From positions 96,001 to 160,000 of IMG/VR virus record IMGVR_UViG_3300034111_001103: a DNA stretch of 64,000 bases. One strand, 5' to 3'. Below, piece by piece: positions 1 through 9,159 of this stretch. The stretch comes from a virus. Within the stretch, counting starts at the first letter, position 1, and every line of letters begins with the position of its first letter. The notes under the pieces were generated by a model. It made no database searches, was not told where the DNA came from, and saw only the letters and a list, made by a program, of their open reading frames with translations. Both the position numbers and the translations under genes were made by a program.

Positions 1-1
1 A

Positions 2-250
2 GCTACTTTATATGCTAATATTATATATCAAGAAAAAGGGTTAATAAATTTACAAAAACTATTACATGATAAAAATAAATATATAGTGAATGTTGAAAAA
101 CTTAATATTACTGGTAAAGTAAAATTAGTTGTAATATGGCAAAATATAGTAAGTAAAATAATAATAGACCAAACTGAAAAACAACTAAAATATACTACTA
201 AAGAATTTAATGATTTAATATTAAAAACAATAATTAAAAATGGAATATAA
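2..250 (+). CDS. Hypothetical protein, 5'-truncated by the window edge
   Basis: Frame 2 is open from base 2 (ATLYANIIYQEKG...) to TAA at 248-250, overlapping the next start codon. Confidence 0.6.
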   Translation, partial: ATLYANIIYQEKGLINLQKLLHDKNKYIVNVEKLNITGKVKLVVIWQNIVSKIIIDQTEKQLKYTTKEFNDLILKTIIKNGI

Positions 251-1151
251 AAAACAAGAAAAAGAATTACAAAATATAATATTTACTATTATAAATAATT
301 CTAAATTAGTATTTTTTGGATTATTTTTAACTGAAGTTGGTAAGTTTTTTGATAAAAGAATACAAACAGCATGTTTAGCCAAACATCCAAATGCTAAAAT
401 ACCTGTAATGTTATTTAATCCTGATTTTTGGGATACATTAACTGAAAAACAAAGAATATTCTTAGTTTTACATGAAACAGACCACTTAATTTCTCAGGCT
501 TTCTTATTCTGTAAAGAATTTGGATTAGAACATCCTTTAGATAATATAGCTTTAGATCTTACTATCAATTCTAGATTAGTAAACAATTATCAAAATGAAT
601 TAGAATTTATAGAAGGAGGAATGCTACCTAAGATTTTTCCTGAATTAAAGTTAGAAGAAGAAAAAGATAGTCTTTATTATTATAATAAGCTTAAAGAAGC
701 TAAAGACAATAAGCAAAAATCTAAAGAGAAAGGAGAAGATAGTCAAGCAGGTGAACCTGGCAATGGTAATGGTACTTCTGGAGATAAAAACTTAGATGAT
801 TTGTTAGATAATCAAGAAAAAATAGATAATCACTCCCAATGGTCAGAGCTTACAGAAGGTATGTCAGACCTAGAAAAAGAAGTTCTTAAAAGAGATATTA
901 TGAGTAGATTAGATAAAATATCTGAAGAAGTAACTAAGCAAAATGGTACTATACCAAAACATTTAAAAGGACAACTAAACAAAATAACTAAAATAAAAGA
1001 AGTAGTTAATTGGAAATCTTTATTTAGAAAGTTTATTGGTTCTACTATATCTTCTGAAATACTATCAAATAGAAAAAGACCTAGTAAAAGATTTGAAGAA
1101 AATCCTTCTACTAAACATAAATTTAAAGTAAGAGGTGTATTTTTATCTGAT
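240..1151 (+). CDS. Exon 1 of a metallopeptidase/vWA-domain protein (DUF2201-like, usually a partner of MoxR AAA ATPases)
   Basis: Contains FNPDFW, HExxH (HETDH), NIALDLTIN, a Gly/Asp-rich linker, WKSLFR and RPSKRF. Ends at VFLSD, the first residue of a MIDAS DxSxS motif completed by exon 2. Confidence 0.85.
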
Positions 1152-2522
1152 TAAAAATTGGCATGGTTTTTGTGTTTTATATGTGGAACTATTTCTCATT
1201 AAGACTAACAAAAATTAAAAATGATTAAAAAAAAAATATGGACAAAAGAAGAAGAAGAACTTCTTAAAAAATTGATAATTGATAAAAAAACAACTGTTAA
1301 ACAATTAGAAAGTATTTTTAGCACTTTAAAATCAAACATTTATAGTAAAATAAAAAGATTAAATTTATCTTTTACAGATTATTCTTTATTAAAAAATAAA
1401 AATTATCTTATAAAAGATGATATTATAACTGATTATAAAAATGGTTTAAATTGCTATCAAATAGCTAAAAAATACAAGACAACAAACACTTCTGTTGCAA
1501 AAATATTAAAATTAAATAATATTAAAATCATACCTTATCATTTAAAAAGTGCTAAAAAATATGATTTTAATGAAAACTATTTTGATTTAATAGACACAAA
1601 AGAAAAAGCTTATTGGCTTGGATTAATATATGCTGACGGAAATATATCAAAAAATTCTTTAAGAATATCTTTAAAAATATCAGATATTGATATTTTAAAA
1701 AAATTTAAAGATTGTATAGAATACACAGGAGATATAAAAATAAGTCGGAAAAAAGATAACATTATTTATGGTAAAAATTGCAATTTTGAAGATACTGCAA
1801 CTATAAATATTTACTCAAAGCATATTTTTAATACAATACAAAAGTGGGGAGTTGTTCCTAACAAAACACATTTATTAACTTTTCCAAGTTTTTTAAAAAA
1901 AGAATTAATTAAAAGTTTTATGTTAGGATATTTTGATGGAGATGGTGGAGTGAGTTTAACAAAAAGAACAGGTGAAATTAACATTAGTATTATAGGAACG
2001 GAAATATTTATTTTAGAATATCAAAACATATTAATAAAAGAGTTAGATTTTAAAAAAACTAAACTATATGAAAGATATCCTGAAAGAAATACAAATACTA
2101 GAAATTTTAATTACGGTGGAAATAAACAATTATCAAGATTTATAGAATGGTTATATAAAGATGAACCATTATTTTTGTCCAGAAAATACAATAAATTAAT
2201 CAACAATGTCAAGAGTCCTGTAAAAAAGTAATTTTTTATAAGTATGTAGTGAATTGACTGGAAACCCCTTAGAGCTTTGTACACTCTCACAAACAGTAAT
2301 GTTTTGTGTATAGTAAAAGAGACAAAGATTGGGCAATCAGCAGCCAAGTATCCTAATTAAAGGATAAAGGTTCAACGACTATTCCAGTGATGGAAGTACA
2401 CTCAAGTGAGTGGAAGTGCTACACACCCTTATGAAAGGGTGATGATATAGTCTAATCTTATAGGAAACTATAAGCAGTTTAATAAACGAATATAAATTAA
2501 CGACTTATATTGAATACAAATG
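1152..2522 (+). mobile_element. Group I self-splicing intron with a homing endonuclease ORF
   Basis: The 5' exon ends in U (GAT) and the intron ends in G (2522). Core elements: P2 hairpin with GUAA loop (2219-2240), P (GAATTGACTGGAAAC, 2251-2265), Q (AATCAGCAGCC, 2335-2345), R (GTTCAACGACTA, 2370-2381), S (GATATAGTCT, 2444-2453), P8 (ACCCTT..AAGGGT) and P9 (CTTATAG-GAAA-CTATAAG). Splicing restores D|SSGS. Confidence 0.92.
1221..2231 (+). CDS. Intron-encoded double-motif LAGLIDADG homing endonuclease with N-terminal HTH-like domains
   Basis: Motifs YWLGLIYADG and FMLGYFDGDG. N-terminus WTKEEEELLKKL and GLNCYQIAKKY resemble helix-turn-helix segments. Confidence 0.9.
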   Translation: MIKKKIWTKEEEELLKKLIIDKKTTVKQLESIFSTLKSNIYSKIKRLNLSFTDYSLLKNKNYLIKDDIITDYKNGLNCYQIAKKYKTTNTSVAKILKLNNIKIIPYHLKSAKKYDFNENYFDLIDTKEKAYWLGLIYADGNISKNSLRISLKISDIDILKKFKDCIEYTGDIKISRKKDNIIYGKNCNFEDTATINIYSKHIFNTIQKWGVVPNKTHLLTFPSFLKKELIKSFMLGYFDGDGGVSLTKRTGEINISIIGTEIFILEYQNILIKELDFKKTKLYERYPERNTNTRNFNYGGNKQLSRFIEWLYKDEPLFLSRKYNKLINNVKSPVKK

Positions 2523-2888
2523 TCAAGTGGTTCAGTTAGTAATCAAGATTTAGAAAGATGTAATGCTGAATTATATAATGTTTGGAAAGCTGGAGGAAAT
2601 ATAGATTATGCTAGTTGGGATGCAGAAGTAGAACCTACTAAAAAATATGATGGTAAATTAGAAATTACAAGAACTAAATGTGGTGGCACAGATTTAAATT
2701 GTGCTTTAATAGAGACAAACAACAATTATAGACAAAAAGGTTGGAATTTTGCTATTATAACAACTGATGGATATATACCTGCTATTACTGTAAAAACTAA
2801 AATTCCTACTATGATTATTATAACTGAAGGAGGTTCCACAAGTTTTAATAATCCTTATAATTATAAAATAGTTAAAATTAATAAATAA
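2523..2888 (+). CDS. Exon 2 of the metallopeptidase/vWA protein (vWA domain); spliced product about 425 aa
   Basis: Starts SSGSV, then WDAEV, GGTD and IITTDG vWA motifs. The ORF-track ATG at 2520 consists of the last three intron bases. Confidence 0.85.
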   Translation, partial: SSGSVSNQDLERCNAELYNVWKAGGNIDYASWDAEVEPTKKYDGKLEITRTKCGGTDLNCALIETNNNYRQKGWNFAIITTDGYIPAITVKTKIPTMIIITEGGSTSFNNPYNYKIVKINK

Positions 2889-3205
2889 TGGAAAGAAGTA
2901 ACACATTTTATAGAAAAATAGGAAGGAAATATGTAGAAACGATAGATTGTACTAATCTTGGAGAAGGATTATGGTTAATTACAAATAAACCTTCTAGTAA
3001 AGAAACAAATAACATACTTTATGCTGTAAAGACTCATGATATACAAAATGTAGGTAAATTTGCTGATTTTTATAATGCACATAAAGATAAATTACAAGAT
3101 TTAATAAAAGTAGAATATGATAAATTTTTTAATACTGACAAATCATTTAGTATTTCAGACCTGGTAAATTGTATTATTTCAGCTTTAAGTAAAGTAAAAG
3201 ATTAA
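2888..3205 (+). CDS. Hypothetical protein
   Basis: 105 aa ORF coupled to the upstream stop (TAATG). Confidence 0.7.
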   Translation: MERSNTFYRKIGRKYVETIDCTNLGEGLWLITNKPSSKETNNILYAVKTHDIQNVGKFADFYNAHKDKLQDLIKVEYDKFFNTDKSFSISDLVNCIISALSKVKD

Positions 3206-3209
3206 AAAT

Positions 3210-3389
3210 ATGAAAAAAATAATAATTTTAGATTTCAGTACAACAGAAGTACATGTATTTCCTTATGATGAAAATGTATGGGACAATGCAGAAGATTTTT
3301 TTGATAGTGATTATTGTATAGAAAAAGGAATAAAAGAAACAAATTGTCAATACATGGTTGTAGAGGATTTAAATATACAAATACATTAA
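3210..3389 (+). CDS. Small hypothetical protein, 59 aa (MKKIIILDFSTTEVHVFPYD...), not in the ORF track
   Basis: A-rich leader; fills the gap exactly and stops 2 nt before the next ATG. Confidence 0.7.
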   Translation: MKKIIILDFSTTEVHVFPYDENVWDNAEDFFDSDYCIEKGIKETNCQYMVVEDLNIQIH

Positions 3390-3391
3390 AT

Positions 3392-3907
3392 ATGATAACA
3401 CTTAATTATGATGATTGGTTTGAAAAGTATAAACCAATTAAAAATACAATAACAAAGAATTCCTCTTATGGTGGGACTATGTTTGAAACTTTTGGAGATG
3501 ATTTAGATTTTATTAAATCTCAACTTAATAATCAAATTTGGACATTATTATCTGTAGAAGATGAAGAATTTTGGATTATTCCAGGTTTTCATTGGGTTAA
3601 TAGAATGGGGTGTTTTGTTACAGAAATACCTTGGGAATTAAAAAACATACAAGTAAATGATAATGAAATGTGTACTATTGAAGAAGCTATTGAACATTGT
3701 ATAGTATTTGCAAGTAAAGAATTTGGTATAGAATTAAATTGGAATGATGTAAATAAACATTTTCAAAAAAACTTAGATATTACATTTAACAATGAAATGA
3801 CTATAGGTAGAGCTAAATATACTGCAATAGCTTATTATGAAGATAGTTTAAACAAAGAAATGAAAGAATTTGAAGATAAAATACATGATTATTACTCACA
3901 ATTATGA
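3392..3907 (+). CDS. Hypothetical phage protein (MITLNYDDWFEKYKPIKN...)
   Basis: ATG at 3392 is more likely than the track start at 3314, which overlaps the 59 aa ORF. Confidence 0.7.
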   Translation: MITLNYDDWFEKYKPIKNTITKNSSYGGTMFETFGDDLDFIKSQLNNQIWTLLSVEDEEFWIIPGFHWVNRMGCFVTEIPWELKNIQVNDNEMCTIEEAIEHCIVFASKEFGIELNWNDVNKHFQKNLDITFNNEMTIGRAKYTAIAYYEDSLNKEMKEFEDKIHDYYSQL

Positions 3908-4992
3908 TGACTAAAAAAGATATAGTACAACAAGATATTAAAAAAACTATTATAGCTAATAACTTTAAAGGTATTGTGTTGGCAAGTATGAGGGTAGGAA
4001 AATGTAGAGTAATTTTAGAATCTATTAAAAAATTAGATATTGAAAATCCTAAAGTATTAATATTATATCCTTTTGTAGATATAAAAATCTCTTGGGAAGA
4101 TGAATGTAAAATTTTAAATTATTATCCTAATATTACTTATAGTACATTTATATCTATAGAAAAAGTAAAAGATTTAGATTTTGACATTATAATAGCAGAT
4201 GAGGCTCACAATCTTGTTGTAGAAACTCAATTACCTATTGTAAATCAATTGGTTAATAAAACTAAACACATTCTTTTAATTTCAGGTACTTATAACACAG
4301 AAACCTTAAATACATTAAAATTTAACACAGGATTAGATTTAATAGTTAATTATTCTACAGAACAAGCTATAAAAGATGAATTAATAATTGATTATCAAAT
4401 ATTTATACATCAATATGATTTAGATGCTACTACTATAAAAGAATTTGGTAAAAGTAAGAAATGGAAATCTACTGATTATAGAGAGTTAAAAAGATTAACA
4501 AATAAAATAGCTACTTCTCAATTTGAAAAAGAAAAGTTTTTTCATACTTTAAATAGGATGAGATTTATTAATTCTTGTGATTCTTTAGTAAATTGTGTAA
4601 ATAATTGGATTAAAAACAATCAAGATAAAAGATTTCTTTTGTTTACTGGAGATGAAAATGTAGGAAAAAGATATAATTTACCTATGTTTAATTCTAAATC
4701 TAAGGATAATAGTGTGTTAGAAGATTTTCAAAATGAAACTATAAATCAATTATGTCTTATAAGAAAAGGAAGTATAGGTAAAACATATAGAAACCTTAGA
4801 ATAATTCTTTTAACAGCTATTAATAGTAATGGAGAAAACCTTCAACAGCAAATTGGAAGATCACTTTTAGATGATACTGAAGATGCAGAAATACATATTT
4901 TTGTATCTTCAGAACCTTTTCAGCAAAAGTGGTTAATGTCAAGTTTGCAAAACATTCCTAAAAATAAAATAAAATATATAAATGAACAATAA
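3904..4992 (+). CDS. Superfamily 2 (DEAH) helicase, compact
   Basis: Walker A-like ASMRVGKC, IIADEAH, ISGT (motif III) and QQQIGRSL (motif VI). Confidence 0.8.
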   Translation: MMTKKDIVQQDIKKTIIANNFKGIVLASMRVGKCRVILESIKKLDIENPKVLILYPFVDIKISWEDECKILNYYPNITYSTFISIEKVKDLDFDIIIADEAHNLVVETQLPIVNQLVNKTKHILLISGTYNTETLNTLKFNTGLDLIVNYSTEQAIKDELIIDYQIFIHQYDLDATTIKEFGKSKKWKSTDYRELKRLTNKIATSQFEKEKFFHTLNRMRFINSCDSLVNCVNNWIKNNQDKRFLLFTGDENVGKRYNLPMFNSKSKDNSVLEDFQNETINQLCLIRKGSIGKTYRNLRIILLTAINSNGENLQQQIGRSLLDDTEDAEIHIFVSSEPFQQKWLMSSLQNIPKNKIKYINEQ

Positions 4993-5203
4993 AATAATAT
5001 TAATAGAAAGTCAACCTTCATTAACTATAAACTATTATCCTGGAAGTATAACATTAGAAGGTAAAGATTTTTACTTTGAAGTAAGAGAAGAAAGTGATGG
5101 ATTAGGATTTTTTGAAATTGTAGTTGTTTGGGCAGATCAAAAACCTATAAATTCTACAGAAATAGAAAGTGAAATAATAGAAATATTTACAAAAGGAAGA
5201 TAA
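4982..5203 (+). CDS. Hypothetical protein
   Basis: Short ORF overlapping both neighbours in a tightly packed operon. Confidence 0.6.
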   Translation: MNNKIILIESQPSLTINYYPGSITLEGKDFYFEVREESDGLGFFEIVVVWADQKPINSTEIESEIIEIFTKGR

Positions 5204-5451
5204 TGGGAGAAAATAAAGCATATATCAATCTATTACAATCTATAGATTGGACAGATTATACAAAAGCACAAGCAGGTTATGTAGATTTATGTATTGTGTT
5301 GAGAATAGAACTAGAAAAGATTAAAGATTCTTTTTTAATGGAAGGTAAACCTAAAGAAGAAAAATTTATAAATACTTTAGAACAAGTAATGTCATTATTA
5401 TCTTTGTTAGATGAAGAAAAATTAGATAAAGTATTAGCAAATGATATATAA
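5203..5451 (+). CDS. Hypothetical protein
   Basis: 82 aa ORF with TAATG coupling. Confidence 0.6.
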   Translation: MGENKAYINLLQSIDWTDYTKAQAGYVDLCIVLRIELEKIKDSFLMEGKPKEEKFINTLEQVMSLLSLLDEEKLDKVLANDI

Positions 5452-6115
5452 AAAATATACTATAGAAATACCTAACTATATAACCCATATTGAATTATCT
5501 AAAGCTAGAAGACCTAAATATTATAAAGTTACAGAAGAAGATAAAATACCTAAGAAACATAAAAAATTAGGTATTACTTATGATAAAAAAGGTATGGCTT
5601 TAGATAGTAATGGAGAGAAAATAGTTAAAAATACTAGAGTAGCAGGTACACCTAAATTATGGAAGATTAATTCCCAGGATTTATATTCTGGGAATCTTCA
5701 TCATCATTCTAGAGCTAAAATAATGGTAGAATTACATAAATACTTTGTAGATGTAGTGACTAAAAATTTACTTAAATCTTTGAAAGACAATAAAATAGAA
5801 CTAGAAGAAGGACAAAAATTAGCTTTCTACTATACTTTTGAAGGTTCTTTAAGTAAAAATAAAAGTGATTTAGGAAACAAAGCTTATCTTTATGATAAAG
5901 CTTTTCAAGATACTATTACTCAAAGAGATCTTTCTAATACTAAACAACAAAATGTACATAAAATACCTATAATACAAGATGATTCTTTAGGTTATGTATA
6001 TAACATTAACTTCAACTTTATAGAGAAAGAAGAAGAAAAATTAATTATTAATATCTATATTTGTGATAAAGAATTTAATATTACAGATTTAATAGATAAA
6101 ACATTTAAATTATGA
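5441..6115 (+). CDS. Probable RusA-like Holliday junction resolvase
   Basis: Pattern SDLGN...KAFQD...IIQDDS resembles the RusA DxDN..K..D..DD motif. Confidence 0.5.
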   Translation: MIYKKYTIEIPNYITHIELSKARRPKYYKVTEEDKIPKKHKKLGITYDKKGMALDSNGEKIVKNTRVAGTPKLWKINSQDLYSGNLHHHSRAKIMVELHKYFVDVVTKNLLKSLKDNKIELEEGQKLAFYYTFEGSLSKNKSDLGNKAYLYDKAFQDTITQRDLSNTKQQNVHKIPIIQDDSLGYVYNINFNFIEKEEEKLIINIYICDKEFNITDLIDKTFKL

Positions 6116-6270
6116 ATAAATTAAAAAAATTACTTAAAGAAAACTTTGGAGATTTATGTTATTTAGGAGAAAACGAAACTATAATATACTATAAAGAAGG
6201 TATAGATTTAAAGGAACTTTCTAAAGTAATTAAAGGTTATAATGTAGGTATACAATTAAATTTATTATAA
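6112..6270 (+). CDS. Small hypothetical protein, 52 aa, not in the ORF track
   Basis: ATGA overlap with the upstream stop; open to TAA at 6268-6270 just before polA. Confidence 0.6.
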   Translation: MNKLKKLLKENFGDLCYLGENETIIYYKEGIDLKELSKVIKGYNVGIQLNLL

Positions 6271-6274
6271 GTAA

Positions 6275-8290
6275 ATGGCAAATTATATTATCACAAAAGA
6301 CCAGAATTTTTTTCAGAAAATAGGAGATTATAATTATTGTAATCTTGAAGATATGATACTACCTGATACTATTGCATATGATAGTGAAACTACTTCATTA
6401 AAACCTATATTAGGAAATATATTTGCTACACAAATAGGTACAGGAGAAAATAATTATCTTATACATTGTTATGATAATAATTATGAACCTAAAGATGTAA
6501 TACCTTATTTAGAGGGTAAAACATTAATAGGTCATAATTTATTATTTGATTTAGGATTTTTATATAAATATGGGTTTTATCCTACCAGTACTAAAGATAC
6601 TTTTATAGCTTCTAAGTTATTATATAATGGTATTATGGAATATAGACATGATTTTGGTGCTGTATTTTATAGAGAATTAGGTATTATTTATGATAAAACA
6701 GAGCAAAAAAATATACATTCTGTTAAATTATCAACTCAAACAAGTATTCAATATTGTTTCAATGATGTAGATAGATTAATAGAATTACATAATTTTTTGG
6801 AAAATAAACTTTATCAACAAGGCTATAAAGAAACATATGATTTACATTGTAAACATATTCAAGCTTTAGCTTATATAGAACAATGTGGCGTTCCTTTATC
6901 TGAAAAAGCTTGGTTATCTAAAGTAGAAAAAGATAAAGAAGTTAAAAAAGAAAAAGAATTACAAGTTATTGAATATATTTATAATAACTTACCTCAATTT
7001 AGAGATAATCAAATAGATATGTTTGATACTTCTAAAAGATTAAAAATATCTATATCTTCAGCTAAACAAATGATTGATGTGTTTAAAGAACTAAAAATTA
7101 ATATAATTACTTCTGAAGGAAAAGAAAGTATAGGAGAGGATATTATTAATAAATCATCTCATGAATTTGTTAAAATATGGTTAGAATATCAATCTGCTTC
7201 TCATGATGTATCTACTTTTGGTCAAAATATATTAGATAAAGTAATACAAGGAAGAATTTACAGCACCTATAATCCTATTTTAGATACTGCTAGGATTTCT
7301 ACCAGAAGAGGAGATATTAATACACTTAATCTTCCTGCTAATCAAAGAACTAGAGAATGTATAGAAGCTAAAGAAGGTTTTCAAATGATTGTATCTGATT
7401 ATGCTGGACAAGAAAATATAGTAGGTGCTGACATATCTGGAGATGAAATGATGATAGCTTCTGTAGTACAAGATTTAGATTTACATTGTGCTTTTGCTAG
7501 AGTATTATATCCTGAAGAATTACAAGATTTAAGTGATGAAGAGATTATTAAAGACCATAAATCTAAAAGAAACTCAGCTAAAGCTCCAAGATTTTTATTT
7601 GCTTATGGTGGTAATGCATTTACTTTACATCAAAATGAAGGCATTCCTATAGAAAGAGCACAACAAATAGAAAATTCTTTTAAAGAATTACATTCAGGTT
7701 TATATGAAACAGGTAATAAAAAATTACAAGAAGCTACTAAATTAGGATATATTGAATCTGCTTTAGGATTTAAATTACATTTACCTTATTATAAAGAATA
7801 TAAAGAATTAGAAACTAAAATACAAGCTATTACTAAAGATAATTGGGATTTATATAAAATAGGTAAAAAAGAGTATAAAGCTCAATTTAAAGCTAAAGAG
7901 GATAAAAAAGAATATACTATTTTAAATCAAATAGCTTATAATTATTATTATAATAATAAAAGTAAAATATCTAAATTTTTTAAACTAAAATCTCAATATA
8001 TGAGATTATGTTTAAATAATCCTGTACAAGCTACTTCTGCTCATCAAACCAAACAAGCTACTATAGCTTTATTTAATTTTATTAAAAAAAATAATCATAT
8101 AGGTAAAGCTAAAATAGTATTAGTAGTTCATGATGAAATAGTTATGGAAGTAGAAGATAATTTAACAGAATTATATAAACAAAAATTAGGAGAAATTATG
8201 GTTACAGAGGGTAATAAATTTATTAAAAACCCTATATTAACCATAAAAGCAGATGCAAATGTTGGTAAAAACTGGTATTTAGCTAAATAG
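6275..8290 (+). CDS. polA: Family A DNA polymerase with 3'-5' exonuclease domain
   Basis: Exo I DSETT, Exo II GHNLLFD, Exo III YCFND; polymerase motif A SDYAGQE, motif B RNSAKAPRFLFAYG, motif C VHDE. Confidence 0.95.
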   Translation: MANYIITKDQNFFQKIGDYNYCNLEDMILPDTIAYDSETTSLKPILGNIFATQIGTGENNYLIHCYDNNYEPKDVIPYLEGKTLIGHNLLFDLGFLYKYGFYPTSTKDTFIASKLLYNGIMEYRHDFGAVFYRELGIIYDKTEQKNIHSVKLSTQTSIQYCFNDVDRLIELHNFLENKLYQQGYKETYDLHCKHIQALAYIEQCGVPLSEKAWLSKVEKDKEVKKEKELQVIEYIYNNLPQFRDNQIDMFDTSKRLKISISSAKQMIDVFKELKINIITSEGKESIGEDIINKSSHEFVKIWLEYQSASHDVSTFGQNILDKVIQGRIYSTYNPILDTARISTRRGDINTLNLPANQRTRECIEAKEGFQMIVSDYAGQENIVGADISGDEMMIASVVQDLDLHCAFARVLYPEELQDLSDEEIIKDHKSKRNSAKAPRFLFAYGGNAFTLHQNEGIPIERAQQIENSFKELHSGLYETGNKKLQEATKLGYIESALGFKLHLPYYKEYKELETKIQAITKDNWDLYKIGKKEYKAQFKAKEDKKEYTILNQIAYNYYYNNKSKISKFFKLKSQYMRLCLNNPVQATSAHQTKQATIALFNFIKKNNHIGKAKIVLVVHDEIVMEVEDNLTELYKQKLGEIMVTEGNKFIKNPILTIKADANVGKNWYLAK

Positions 8291-8312
8291 ATAAAAACAA
8301 ACAAATATAATT

Positions 8313-9089
8313 ATGGCAAAAATAGAAATGGATATATCAGAATATGATATAATGAGAGAAAATAAGACATTGTTAGAGAAGTCTTTAGAAAATGAAAGAT
8401 TGTTACAGAAAGATATTGAAAAACTACAAGAAGAAAAAATAAAAGCATTAGAAGATGCTAAAATGAAAGTAGTTAAAATTACAAAAACTGAAAAAAGAGA
8501 AGTTTTATATAATCATTGTGATGAATATAGTGCTTATCAAAAATTATGTACTTTTTTAGGTTTAAATGTGAAAGATAATACACATTTTTTAAGAAGTAGA
8601 GTACATTATCAAGATTTAATAGAGACTTTTTTTGTTAAAAATGAATATTTTACTCCTACTACAGAAGAAATAACTTTACATGGTTTAGATGAAATTAAAG
8701 TTGAAATTAGAGAAAATCTTAGGAAGGAATTGAATAAAGAAATTCAAAACAAATTAGACAAAGCAGAAAAAACTCTATTAGAACATACTAAACTATTAGA
8801 ATCTAATCAAAAATTAATGTCTGATAATGCTGATTTATTTAAATATAATGAAAGTTTGTTAAAAGAAAGACAAAAATTACAATCTCAATTAGAAATTCAA
8901 AAAGAAACTATAACTAAAGAATTGACAGAATCTATTACTAAAGAAGAGTATAAAAAAGTAGAAAAAGAAATAACTGAAGGTCAAATAGCTATTAAAATAG
9001 TTAGTAAGATAAAAGAGATATTAGGGGATGGTTATAGATTATTTAATAAATCTGATTTATTAGATAAAATTATAAATTTAACAAAATAA
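8313..9089 (+). CDS. Coiled-coil hypothetical protein
   Basis: 258 aa with E/K/L-rich heptad-like pattern. Confidence 0.7.
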   Translation: MAKIEMDISEYDIMRENKTLLEKSLENERLLQKDIEKLQEEKIKALEDAKMKVVKITKTEKREVLYNHCDEYSAYQKLCTFLGLNVKDNTHFLRSRVHYQDLIETFFVKNEYFTPTTEEITLHGLDEIKVEIRENLRKELNKEIQNKLDKAEKTLLEHTKLLESNQKLMSDNADLFKYNESLLKERQKLQSQLEIQKETITKELTESITKEEYKKVEKEITEGQIAIKIVSKIKEILGDGYRLFNKSDLLDKIINLTK

Positions 9090-9159
9090 AATTTTTATAT
9101 TCACTATATTATATTATATTTACACATTATTAAACAAAAAAAAATTAAATTAAAAAAGT

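Noticed and set aside
2111-2347. Minus-strand 78 aa ORF
   Set aside because: Antisense to the endonuclease end and the intron core; a shadow ORF.
2520-2888. Stand-alone 122 aa gene starting at ATG 2520
   Set aside because: The ATG is the intron's last three bases; without exon 1 the protein would lack the MIDAS Asp.
9090-9125. Promoter upstream of the SSB-like gene (TATATTTA)
   Set aside because: The -7 element is a variant and there is no TTG at the expected spacing; too weak to call in AT-rich DNA.
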